DNA of 64,000 nt, taken from positions 1 to 64,000 of IMG/VR virus record IMGVR_UViG_3300030103_005573; one strand, given 5' to 3'. Source of the DNA: a virus. The notes below the pieces were generated by a model. The model saw nothing but the letters and a program-made list of their open reading frames with translations. It was not told the origin of the DNA and ran no database searches. Below, in pieces: positions 1 to 8,786 of the stretch. The position numbers and the translations under genes were made by a program. How positions within the stretch are numbered: the first letter of the stretch is position 1; every line of letters begins with the position of its first letter.

Positions 1-424
1 AAAGAATATCTTTTTCTGTTACGCCACGTTTGCGGAGGTAGTTAAAAACCATCCGTGATGAGGGTGGGTGGGAACGACCAGTAAGCGTTTGGAATTCATT
101 TGGAAGGTCGATTCGCTGTTTTATTTCCTCTTCCTTCGCAAAGAGGTTGTCTAGGTCGCCTAGCTCAACGTCGGCGTCAAAATCCTTCCATCTATTGATG
201 TGAGAAATGTCGCCCCAACGACGCACAAGTCGTCGTAAGTTTTTTGTTCGCCAATCACAAGTCCAGCACTTGGCAACATTCTTATCAAAGTTGACAGAAA
301 GTTTCTTCTTGTGGTGATCACAACACCGTGAAAGATACAGGTATTCTTTGCCCTGGCGATGTGGTCTGCCAAGGATCTCGTCAAGAATCCTTTTCTTCTT
401 GGTTGAGTTGGGATCGTTAAACAA
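1..424 (-). CDS. DNA primase, N-terminal part (Zn-binding domain); runs off the window start
   Basis: Not in the ORF track. Manual translation from TTG at 424 is open to position 1: MFNDPNSTKKKRILDEILG...SRCCDHHKKKLSVNFDKNVAKCWTCDW...DLPNEFQTL...FNYLRKRGVTEKDIL. The C-x-HH..CxxC Zn motif and YLxxRG match phage DnaG-type primases. Confidence 0.75.
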   Translation of the reverse strand, partial: MFNDPNSTKKKRILDEILGRPHRQGKEYLYLSRCCDHHKKKLSVNFDKNVAKCWTCDWRTKNLRRLVRRWGDISHINRWKDFDADVELGDLDNLFAKEEEIKQRIDLPNEFQTLTGRSHPPSSRMVFNYLRKRGVTEKDIL

Positions 425-1030
425 TCAGAGTCCTAATTCTTTAAGTTGTCTAATCGTATTATCCACGTCATCTGGATTATGTTTAATAGCGATACCGCCA
501 CCCTCACGGAACTCGTTGATGTATTTGTCACGATCATCAATCAGAAGTCCTTGTTTTCCGTTCCAAACTCCGTAGGGCTTCTTGCTGTCAGAAAGATTAA
601 CTTTTTCTACTGGGACACCCAGTTCACGCTCGACCCACATCCGCTTGCCAATCTTGGAGCCTTCAGCCATCGGAGCAGACAAAATTTCTAACCCTGGAAT
701 ATCCTTGATGTAATCCCAAAGTTCTTTGCCGCCACGTTCCCAGCCGAGATTAGCCCAGAGGTCAACGTTGTCTTCTACGAGCCGATACATAAAGTCACGA
801 ACACGGTAGTTGCGAGGCAAGCTCGTCTCCTGGTCAGACCGAGCAATATGCCACTTACTGATCTCAACATCCCAGCCGCCAAGCTCTTTGGCTGCCGATC
901 GGGCAAGCTTATGATCAGGATGGCCTAGTTGGTCTTTCAACTCCTGAAAACGTTTGTTCATGTATTCCAGTACGCCTTGCTCAAAGTTTACAAGGACGCC
1001 ATCCATATCGCTAAAGACTTGGTACTTCAT
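425..1030 (-). CDS. HAD-superfamily 5'(3')-deoxyribonucleotidase
   Basis: Motifs DMDGVL (HAD motif I), ILSAP, K..W and LLIDDR..N...F...GG..I. The start was moved from 1051 to ATG 1030, which follows the SD GGGAGG (1038-1043). Confidence 0.85.
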   Translation of the reverse strand: MKYQVFSDMDGVLVNFEQGVLEYMNKRFQELKDQLGHPDHKLARSAAKELGGWDVEISKWHIARSDQETSLPRNYRVRDFMYRLVEDNVDLWANLGWERGGKELWDYIKDIPGLEILSAPMAEGSKIGKRMWVERELGVPVEKVNLSDSKKPYGVWNGKQGLLIDDRDKYINEFREGGGIAIKHNPDDVDNTIRQLKELGL

Positions 1031-1277
1031 AGGAGCACCTCCCTTCAACATTATAATACCATATGTAATTCTTAATTACACCAATATAGTCAGCCACCTT
1101 AGTCATCTTACTTTGGAGCCAAGCTGGATAATTATCGCCGGGTTGGATCATTTGTAATATTTGGGAAGCATCTCGTGCCGTCTTATACATCTGACGCTTA
1201 GCCATATCGCCCTCATGGTCGTGAGAGTCAATGGCTTCTTTGATCATTTTACGGATAATGTCTTTTGTTAGGCGCAT
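1011..1277 (-). CDS. Small hypothetical protein, probable internal head protein
   Basis: 88 aa. The N-terminus MRLTKDIIRKMIKEA resembles I/L-x-E propeptides of large-phage head proteins. The late motif lies 4 nt before the ATG. Confidence 0.6.
   Translation of the reverse strand: MRLTKDIIRKMIKEAIDSHDHEGDMAKRQMYKTARDASQILQMIQPGDNYPAWLQSKMTKVADYIGVIKNYIWYYNVEGRCSYEVPSL
1050..1055 (-). promoter_or_regulatory. Putative sigma70 -10 box (TATAAT) for the nucleotidase-primase operon
   Basis: Perfect TATAAT just upstream of SD GGGAGG and ATG 1030; no clear -35 box. Confidence 0.45.
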
Positions 1278-1281
1278 ACAG

Positions 1282-1288
1282 TAAATAG
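1282..1288 (-). promoter_or_regulatory. Putative late promoter motif CTATTTA
   Basis: AACTATTTA-CTGT-ATG; one of about 13 copies upstream of genes. Confidence 0.65.
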
Positions 1289-1292
1289 TTTG

Positions 1293-1868
1293 TCAATCCA
1301 TTAATGTAATTTTATCCGTCAAATATCCTCTATTGTTTTCATTTTTCAGAAGAAACTCTCCGGCTCTAACAATAACTACTGCGTCAGCACGGTCGTCGGT
1401 TCCCTTTTTATAGTTTTTCCCGCCACGAGCCATTTCAAAAGTGAAGGCTGTTTTTTCTTTTTCTTTTACTGCCTCAATAACCATTTTCTTTCTTTGGGGT
1501 CCCTTTGTCCCCCGTGGAAAAGACAAGCCATAAAGTGTTCTGGCAGTATTCACGTTAATAAATGTAGGAGCTTCGCCAAAGGTATCAAAACAAAGCCAGG
1601 AAACAATCCCGTTAAACTTGGCTAGCTTTATGATAGTGTCGGCTCTGGACTTACCTGGGAAGAACTTCTTGAGGGCAGTCTCTATGAAAACCTTCTCAAT
1701 CTTATATTCTGTTTTTAGTTCCCATAAAAGTGAGCCGACCATTTCAGCTTTCTCGAACAAAGTCTCCTGTTTGGAGATGTCCCAGTGATCGCTGACTATT
1801 AACTTACTCTCATCGTCAATAAGAGCAACTCCAATAATAGTGGTAGATATGTCTAGTCCTAGTATCAT
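1293..1868 (-). CDS. RuvC-like Holliday junction resolvase
   Basis: MILGLDISTT.IGVA, VFIE and DDRADAVVI give the RuvC/RNase H-fold catalytic D..E..D..D pattern. Confidence 0.85.
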   Translation of the reverse strand: MILGLDISTTIIGVALIDDESKLIVSDHWDISKQETLFEKAEMVGSLLWELKTEYKIEKVFIETALKKFFPGKSRADTIIKLAKFNGIVSWLCFDTFGEAPTFINVNTARTLYGLSFPRGTKGPQRKKMVIEAVKEKEKTAFTFEMARGGKNYKKGTDDRADAVVIVRAGEFLLKNENNRGYLTDKITLMD

Positions 1869-1881
1869 CCAGGACAGTATA

Positions 1882-3057
1882 CTACATGTCTAGCTTTAGT
1901 TTAAATGTATAATTGTCCGCTTCTTTTTTCTGGACAGGGTTTGCTAGCTTAGCAACACCAATAAGATTTTTATCTTTATCAAAGATCCCAATCTCGGTTA
2001 TAAAGGTTTGCTTCTGGAACTCGTCCTCGTAATTACAATATCGACTATTAATAGTATTCTTAATCTTCGTTTCATCAGGCTCTTTATAATTTACCTCTGC
2101 AACAGAAGTATTGTCTCTCCAGTTAGAGTTGGAAGAAGATACAAATGTAGGATTTTGAGAATTATTCAAGTCCCCTGGTTGAGCCGTGGCAAACATAGTC
2201 ATTGTTGGTATCTTCTGAGTTCCCTCAAAACTTATGGAAAATAAACTAGCTGAAGATAACCCCGAGGCATATGCTCCAAAATATTGCCAACTGGCTCTTT
2301 CATTGCTGGCACCTGTTGTGTACTTGTCTGTGTTGGAGCTTATATCTACCGAAGAGGTTAGTAAAACAAACCCCTCATTGTAAAGCACGACTCCGACTAC
2401 AGAACCACTAGCTCCGCCCATAGTGGATATAAGTTGTCCATTTTTTCGTGAATCGACAGCCTCATCAATTAAAGATCCGGTGTAATAAAATTTTAGACTT
2501 ACTGTTCCCTTTTTAATTTCTTCACCAAACATTATAGAAGGGATCTGAAGCATATTGACTGTTCCAGATATATAACTGCCATTATAGGCGAAACTATTAC
2601 TCAGGTAACGGTAATAATTCATTGTATTCTGAAGTGATATTAGTTCTTTGCGATTTGTTACATATGTATCTTTTGCAGTAGGAGTGCCAGAAGGAAAAGG
2701 ATAAGTTGTTGAATTAAAGTATTGTCGAACTACCGATGAAGTTAAAGGATATGAACCTGTTATGGTTGTAACAGATGGATCTAAAGAATTATATTGTTCT
2801 CTTGTTAGATTATTAGTTCTAAATACAAGTCCTGTATTTCTTGTCACATAGGGTCGAATTAACTGTTGAGACACACCATCTCTGTCAACATTGTACTCAA
2901 ATAAATTTATTGTACCAGTTGTAATGTTTGCTCCGAGAGTGTCTCCATTATTGTTAATATATGCAGAACCACTATACATCACAAAGTCAAACTTTGGACG
3001 TGTGATAATCCTATTCTGAAGAATATCGTTCGGACCAAAAGTATGGAGGTAAGGCAT
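1882..3057 (-). CDS. Virion (baseplate/tail) protein with C-terminal tail-collar-like motif
   Basis: C-terminus TFITEIGIFDKDKNLIGVAKLANPVQK..TFKLKLDM; paralogous to the C-terminus of 3071..4132; S/T/G-rich. Confidence 0.7.
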   Translation of the reverse strand: MPYLHTFGPNDILQNRIITRPKFDFVMYSGSAYINNNGDTLGANITTGTINLFEYNVDRDGVSQQLIRPYVTRNTGLVFRTNNLTREQYNSLDPSVTTITGSYPLTSSVVRQYFNSTTYPFPSGTPTAKDTYVTNRKELISLQNTMNYYRYLSNSFAYNGSYISGTVNMLQIPSIMFGEEIKKGTVSLKFYYTGSLIDEAVDSRKNGQLISTMGGASGSVVGVVLYNEGFVLLTSSVDISSNTDKYTTGASNERASWQYFGAYASGLSSASLFSISFEGTQKIPTMTMFATAQPGDLNNSQNPTFVSSSNSNWRDNTSVAEVNYKEPDETKIKNTINSRYCNYEDEFQKQTFITEIGIFDKDKNLIGVAKLANPVQKKEADNYTFKLKLDM

Positions 3058-3070
3058 TTTTACCTCCCAA

Positions 3071-4132
3071 CTAGTAGTCTAATCTTACCCGCAAGGTTGC
3101 TTCGTTGTCTGGCGTCTTCCTCAAAGGTTCGCTTAGTTTAGCGACAGCCAACAAAGCATTGTCCTCGCTGTAAAGACCGACAGTAGTTATATATGATACA
3201 GGCGTATCAGTTGGGTCGATTTTTACCCTTATTTGACTAGAACTCAAATAAGTTGGATTACTACTGTAGTTGAAATCTGTATTGTTTGCTCGGCAAAAAT
3301 AAATTGTCGAATTAAGCTCTGTTGTGTTATTAAAACTAATATTTTGAACTCGGTGACGCATGGCTGTACAAGAACCACTAATAGAGCCAGATACTAGCAA
3401 ATTATTTATTCTTGCCGAGGTGGTGTCCATATTACAATCTTCTACAAATTTATCGGCAAAGACTGAAGCTGTTACAACAGCCACGCCGGCTTGATAAAAT
3501 AGTAACCCACATGGCCTCTCTGAAGATGCTGCAAATCCCGAGCCGGTAGCATACAAAATATTGAAGTCTCCCGATGGTGAGTTTGTCTTTGCATTGATGC
3601 CGTCTTTATCATATACTGTAAGAGTTTTGCCAAAAGGATTAGCAAATGAAGAACTAACACCTAAAATAAGATTAAAACCACCACCTGTTTGTTTTTGAAT
3701 TTCATCTTTTGTTAATAATCTTGAAAAATTAAATAACAAGACTTCATTCATCTTATCAGCAGCAGTTGTGCTTCCAAAGTTACCACTAACATCCAATTTA
3801 TTAATACTACCGGTAGTATCATAACCAGATAACATTTGAGATAGTTCATTATAAATGTCATTCTTTTTGTTTCGTAAAGTTACACCAGCAGCACCAGACA
3901 AAGATGAGTCAGTAGCCCAAGCAACACTTAGGTCAAGTATATGGTTTGCGGAAGAACTTAGAAACGGATAATCATAAACACTCTGAAACATTCCATGAGC
4001 ATAGTTTTTAATATTGTTATCGTTATAAGTTCCTGACAGGATTGTGCCTGTAAGAGGAATCGCCTCGTGCAATTTTGTGCGGGCACGAGTCATATCATTA
4101 TTGTTAAGTGCCTTGAAACTAGATGCTGACAT
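3071..4132 (-). CDS. Virion (baseplate/tail) protein with C-terminal tail-collar-like motif
   Basis: C-terminus SYITTVGLYSEDNALLAVAKLSEPLRK..TLRVRLDY; located in the structural operon. Confidence 0.7.
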   Translation of the reverse strand: MSASSFKALNNNDMTRARTKLHEAIPLTGTILSGTYNDNNIKNYAHGMFQSVYDYPFLSSSANHILDLSVAWATDSSLSGAAGVTLRNKKNDIYNELSQMLSGYDTTGSINKLDVSGNFGSTTAADKMNEVLLFNFSRLLTKDEIQKQTGGGFNLILGVSSSFANPFGKTLTVYDKDGINAKTNSPSGDFNILYATGSGFAASSERPCGLLFYQAGVAVVTASVFADKFVEDCNMDTTSARINNLLVSGSISGSCTAMRHRVQNISFNNTTELNSTIYFCRANNTDFNYSSNPTYLSSSQIRVKIDPTDTPVSYITTVGLYSEDNALLAVAKLSEPLRKTPDNEATLRVRLDY

Positions 4133-4142
4133 ATTTTTTATC

Positions 4143-5168
4143 CTATGAAGTATATTTTAAGAGTTTTAGTGGTACTTCTACCCGATAGCCTGTGCTAAAT
4201 CCTGTAACTCTCATTACAGTGTTGATAACACTGAACGTATCACCTGCGCCGATATTAATTGTTTGTGTGCCGCCCAACCTAGTGAATAGTTCTGTGCTAT
4301 TCTGAAGATTGAGTGACGATCTAAGGAGAAATACAAGGCGAGAACCAAGTCTACCGGTTGTAGATGTTGGTCCAATAACAGAGTTCTCTACAGTTTGTCG
4401 TTGACCACCAGGGTCGATCGAGAAAGATGGTTGTGCCGAGCCGCCGTTTCCTCCTGTTTGTTGTGCAAAATACGGAGAGTTATTAGAAACAGGAAAATAA
4501 TACGAGGCGATATTATCGTCATCGATAAATCTAGGAGTTGCGACCTGACCTTGATCACCGGCTGGGGTTGCAACAGACAATAGGCGACTATCCAACTCTA
4601 CCATATAAGCTGTTTCGTATATATTCTCGTCTAACCCATCACTTCCTCCCCATAAATATCCAAGTGATAATGCTTGAGTATCTACGCCTTGATCTAAGAT
4701 TATTCTTGATTCGTCAATTGCTGATTGCGGGTTAGCAAATCTACACCCATCAGAAATAGCTGCGTTTGCACTTAACTGTCTTAATCTTACTGTTGTATCT
4801 TGATCAACGGAAACATAATAACCACCAACTGGCGCAGAGGTTCCTATTGCGGTTGGGGTGAATAAATTGTTTAACTTTATAACTGGAAGATATAGTAAGT
4901 TATTGTTTCTGTAAGACAATAACTTATTTTTTAGGGAAGTTGTATTATTTGTGAAAGCCTCAAAGACTGGTAGCTGTAGAATTCTTGTGTCCTGATACCC
5001 AGACCCACTAGCAGGAGAGACATCATATAATGAGTAATCTACCTCATCATCTCCGAGAGCAAATTTTGTAATCCTAAAACTACCATCACCCATTGCTAAT
5101 CGACGACGACCCTCGTCAGTCAAAACAGCATCTAGTATGAGATCACCACTATTATCTAAAAAAGCCAT
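4143..5168 (-). CDS. Virion (baseplate/tail) protein with N-terminal tail-collar-like motif
   Basis: N-terminus DAVLTDEGRRRLAMG..FRITKFALGDDEVDY resembles the LT..G...LA...ITxFA.GD start of tail-collar fibre domains; SD AGAGGA. Confidence 0.7.
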   Translation of the reverse strand: MAFLDNSGDLILDAVLTDEGRRRLAMGDGSFRITKFALGDDEVDYSLYDVSPASGSGYQDTRILQLPVFEAFTNNTTSLKNKLLSYRNNNLLYLPVIKLNNLFTPTAIGTSAPVGGYYVSVDQDTTVRLRQLSANAAISDGCRFANPQSAIDESRIILDQGVDTQALSLGYLWGGSDGLDENIYETAYMVELDSRLLSVATPAGDQGQVATPRFIDDDNIASYYFPVSNNSPYFAQQTGGNGGSAQPSFSIDPGGQRQTVENSVIGPTSTTGRLGSRLVFLLRSSLNLQNSTELFTRLGGTQTINIGAGDTFSVINTVMRVTGFSTGYRVEVPLKLLKYTS

Positions 5169-5211
5169 AACGTTTCCTCTTATCGAACCATTCTGTAATA
5201 TTAGTTCCTAA

Positions 5212-5218
5212 TAAATAG
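5212..5218 (-). promoter_or_regulatory. Putative late promoter motif CTATTTA
   Basis: AACTATTTAT, intergenic, upstream of the SD and ATG 5168. Confidence 0.6.
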
Positions 5219-5251
5219 TTCGTATTAATCAATTTTGTTTTTTTATGTTCC

Positions 5252-8200
5252 TTAGTTAATTGGACTGTCGTTAATCCTAACTGTAAAATTTAGCTTTAAG
5301 TCAAATTTTCGACCCGTGTCCTTTGAAGTCAGCCGAACAACAAAGGATTTATTTTCAATTGAGTCTGACAGAAAACTTCCCATACTCCGGTTTGGCAAAG
5401 GCTCATTATTTACTTCTGAAACAACAGGAACTGTTTGGATATCAGAGGCTTGTATTTTAATAAACTCTGTTAAATTTTTACTAGGAACTTTTTTCTCTAA
5501 CTTGTTCATTTTAACTAAAGTTATTTCTGGAACAAGCAGCCCCTTATCAAATAATAACCTAACACGAAAAATACTACTTGGGTTAGAAGGATTTCCATGA
5601 ATGTCCTCCACTACAGATGTATAAAAATACTCAATATTTGGCGAGATTGTATCATATACGTCGTAAGAATTTAAGAATTCAGCAGTATTTAAATCCTCTG
5701 GATAATCTCTTAATAGAGTATAATTCCTGGCTACTACTGATGAATTTACAGAGGGATTAAAAGACTTATAAATGTCACTATACTTTTCTACATTTGTATT
5801 AATTTCTGTGGCTCTATATAAGATAACATTTCTTATCTCTGCAAGACCCTCGCTTCTGTACTCTAAAAAGTTTGGCTCTAAAAATATGTTCTTAAAATTA
5901 TCTTGATAGTCCTTGAGGGTGTTAATCCTATCACTGCGGTCGCCAATACTTACAATTTCCACTGCGTCTTCGCCCAAAAGAGACCCGTCACCTATAGTTG
6001 AATTAACAACAACCTGGGTTGGGTTCCCAAGAAGTGGGAAGATATTTATCTCTGGAGGTAGAGGCGGGTAGTCTAGTACTTTTGCAAGTGGATACCTAAT
6101 AGAATTAATATTTTCTACTACCTCGAAACTCTGGTCGAGTTGTAGTCTAACTCCTGTGTCTAGACTGAGCCCGTTACCTAACTCAAGATTACCTTGCTGC
6201 TGACTGCCAGGAGTCTCTACATATGGCATAACTTCATAAGAATATTCACTATCATATATTGGTATTTCTAAAACTCTTGGATATTGAGTTGTCTCAAACC
6301 AGCATCTAAATGATATATTTGGACGATCTTCGATAAGTTGCCTCTGAGTTAATCTTGTCCTAATTCCCAAATAATATTCCATTAACCAAAGAGGAACACT
6401 AAGATTATAATTTGAGTCTAGAGCAAATACATTGAAGGAATATTTTGTTCCGTATATTAGACGATATTCATGCAGGCTGTATGAATACTCTTTACCATAA
6501 TGTATCTGGGAGTCATTATATGTAATATTATCTGCACCATCACCTGTTCCAATGTAAAAACTTTGTGTATTATTGTCAGCATCTTTTTTAGAAATTTTAT
6601 ACCCAAGTACTTCACTAACTGAATCATTAGCGTTTATTATTCTTGGTGGGCTGTTTCTGGTAACAGAGTTTGATATTGACAACAACCCATCCTTGATAAG
6701 TTGCAATGAAATAAAACTAGACTGTCCTGTTTCTCCAACATTTAACATTGAAGGTTCTGTTCGTAATGGCTCCAAGATACTGTTGATAGTAAATTCTGGG
6801 AATGTTTTTTCAAAGTAATCACTCTCTACCTCATTGTAGTTTAATTGTGCCGATGATCCTGCTAAAAATTCTGTCGAATACAAAGTTGTAACCTGTGGGG
6901 TTTGATTTTCCATCATGTTAATATTCTCAAACATTGTATCCCTAAAATCAAGAACCCCCAGTGTTGATATTAAATTGTCTATTGTAGGCGCTGATTCTCT
7001 ACTGAACTTGACGCCGATAGCCATTGGGGAGTTTTCGGCGATTATATCACTTGTACTAACAGATCCTGATTCTAAAATTATATTACTTTGCCTTATGCTT
7101 AAAGTTTGCGAGTTAGTTTCAGAAATACCCTCTAATCCTTTAGCATACAAGTTATAAAAAGTTGGCTTATCAAAATTTATATATTCTAGGGAATTAGGGG
7201 CTGCACCATACAAACTCAAATATGTGGACATCTCATTAAATTTAAAACTTTCTTGAGTATTATCTTCTATATCTCGTCGAGAAAGATCAGAGTATTTTTG
7301 CTTGACATATAGATTTGGTAATAAGGTCTCTGGTATGTCTAAAGATAAGTCTTCATATGTTTTTGAGTAGTAATTATAGTTACTATTAATTGTAGATATA
7401 GCATTATTTTGAACGCCATCATTTAAGAAATTATATGTTTTTCTATTTGTTATGTACGGGGTATCAAACTCAACATGCTGATGGGTGTACTCCCTACTGA
7501 TAACATCTCTTAGCCCGACAATAGCTGAGGGTAATACCCTAATCATAGTCTGTACTATAACATATCTTGTTAGCTGTTTTTCAGAATCACGACTAATTTG
7601 ATCATCATCTACTATAACTAAAAGATCATATATTATTTGAGCAAAACTCACATTCTGACCGCTTTCAGACACCCGTTGCCTTAAGGACATCCTATACCGA
7701 TTAACAGCTTGTCCAAAATCCTCCCCGTTGCCAAAGTTTAAATCTCTGCCTAGATTCTCTAACCTAGCTAAGAAGAATCTTATTTCACCATCTTCTTCTG
7801 CAAAAGCAGCGGGTGGATTTCTCTGTTCTCTATATCTAACCTGAATATCGTCTAAATCCTGTTGTAACGGGATCTGACCGCCGCCTATATTAAATAAAGA
7901 TAATATAGATAAAACATCTTCAGATGTCTGTAGGGTAGCACCGAGCATTTCTGCGGAAAGACTATGATAAGTTGGAGGATTTCCATCAACTGATTTTCTC
8001 ACATAAATATAAGGGTTTCCACTATAAAATAATGCCTTATAATATTCTTGAAAATTTTGATTATTCCTTGATGGTGGTCTTATCGCCGCAACAAAAGCTT
8101 GCAATTCTACTGTACTTACCTGCTCTGACATTCTGCCATTTTGATCAAAAGGAGCAAGACTCCATTCAGCCTGTGGATTAAGACTTACTTCTGCGTCGTA

Positions 8201-8785
8201 TGGATTAGAATCAAAAAAATACTTTAAGTTTCTAGAGTTATCAATAGGGTTTATAAACCTAATACCATCTTTGTTCCCGTACTTTGCTCGTGAAAAATAC
8301 CAAGAACTTAGTGGATCTAAGAAATTTCTAGATACAGTTATTTTTCTCTTTTTGTCTGACTGATTTCTATTTTCCCCGTTAATACCTGGGATTGGCTCCA
8401 CAACAGGGATTTGAAAATTAGGAAAGTTAAAACGTGGGATATCGTCATCCTGTTGATCATTTCCTGAACCCTCTAATTCAGGAGGTAGCAACCCTGTGCC
8501 TCGAAGATCTCCTGGCGTGCGCCTTAAATAATCATTAAGATTGACGTCTGATTGTCCTATATTGCCAAGCAAGTCTTGATTCTCTAACTCAGGGGGTAGC
8601 AATCCTGTACCTCGAAGGTCTCCTCGGTTACGTTCCTGGTCCTCTAGTTCTGGAGGTAGCAATCCTGTGCCCCGAAGGTCTCCTGGTTGTCTTGCCTCTT
8701 CTTCTTGTTGTCCCTCTGGTATTCTGGGAGCCTGAAAAGGCCGTGGTCTAAATCTTCTATTTAACCTATCTAACCAACTAGACAT
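5252..8785 (-). CDS. Large hypothetical virion protein (1177 aa) with N-terminal repeats and FN3-like C-terminal segments
   Basis: Long ORF in the structural block. YNDSQIHYGKEYSYSL and DTISPNIEYFYTSVVEDIHGNPSNPS are FN3-like strand patterns. Confidence 0.65.
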   Translation of the reverse strand: MSSWLDRLNRRFRPRPFQAPRIPEGQQEEEARQPGDLRGTGLLPPELEDQERNRGDLRGTGLLPPELENQDLLGNIGQSDVNLNDYLRRTPGDLRGTGLLPPELEGSGNDQQDDDIPRFNFPNFQIPVVEPIPGINGENRNQSDKKRKITVSRNFLDPLSSWYFSRAKYGNKDGIRFINPIDNSRNLKYFFDSNPYDAEVSLNPQAEWSLAPFDQNGRMSEQVSTVELQAFVAAIRPPSRNNQNFQEYYKALFYSGNPYIYVRKSVDGNPPTYHSLSAEMLGATLQTSEDVLSILSLFNIGGGQIPLQQDLDDIQVRYREQRNPPAAFAEEDGEIRFFLARLENLGRDLNFGNGEDFGQAVNRYRMSLRQRVSESGQNVSFAQIIYDLLVIVDDDQISRDSEKQLTRYVIVQTMIRVLPSAIVGLRDVISREYTHQHVEFDTPYITNRKTYNFLNDGVQNNAISTINSNYNYYSKTYEDLSLDIPETLLPNLYVKQKYSDLSRRDIEDNTQESFKFNEMSTYLSLYGAAPNSLEYINFDKPTFYNLYAKGLEGISETNSQTLSIRQSNIILESGSVSTSDIIAENSPMAIGVKFSRESAPTIDNLISTLGVLDFRDTMFENINMMENQTPQVTTLYSTEFLAGSSAQLNYNEVESDYFEKTFPEFTINSILEPLRTEPSMLNVGETGQSSFISLQLIKDGLLSISNSVTRNSPPRIINANDSVSEVLGYKISKKDADNNTQSFYIGTGDGADNITYNDSQIHYGKEYSYSLHEYRLIYGTKYSFNVFALDSNYNLSVPLWLMEYYLGIRTRLTQRQLIEDRPNISFRCWFETTQYPRVLEIPIYDSEYSYEVMPYVETPGSQQQGNLELGNGLSLDTGVRLQLDQSFEVVENINSIRYPLAKVLDYPPLPPEINIFPLLGNPTQVVVNSTIGDGSLLGEDAVEIVSIGDRSDRINTLKDYQDNFKNIFLEPNFLEYRSEGLAEIRNVILYRATEINTNVEKYSDIYKSFNPSVNSSVVARNYTLLRDYPEDLNTAEFLNSYDVYDTISPNIEYFYTSVVEDIHGNPSNPSSIFRVRLLFDKGLLVPEITLVKMNKLEKKVPSKNLTEFIKIQASDIQTVPVVSEVNNEPLPNRSMGSFLSDSIENKSFVVRLTSKDTGRKFDLKLNFTVRINDSPIN
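8471..8683 (-). repeat. Three 42-nt coding repeats (GDLRGTGLLPPELE x3)
   Basis: Copies at 8471-8512, 8582-8623 and 8642-8683; identical peptide with only synonymous nucleotide differences. Confidence 0.9.
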
Positions 8786-8786
8786 A

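Noticed and set aside
160-384. 74-aa minus-strand ORF in the track
   Set aside because: It is an off-frame shadow of the primase frame (424 to <1), which carries the recognisable motifs.
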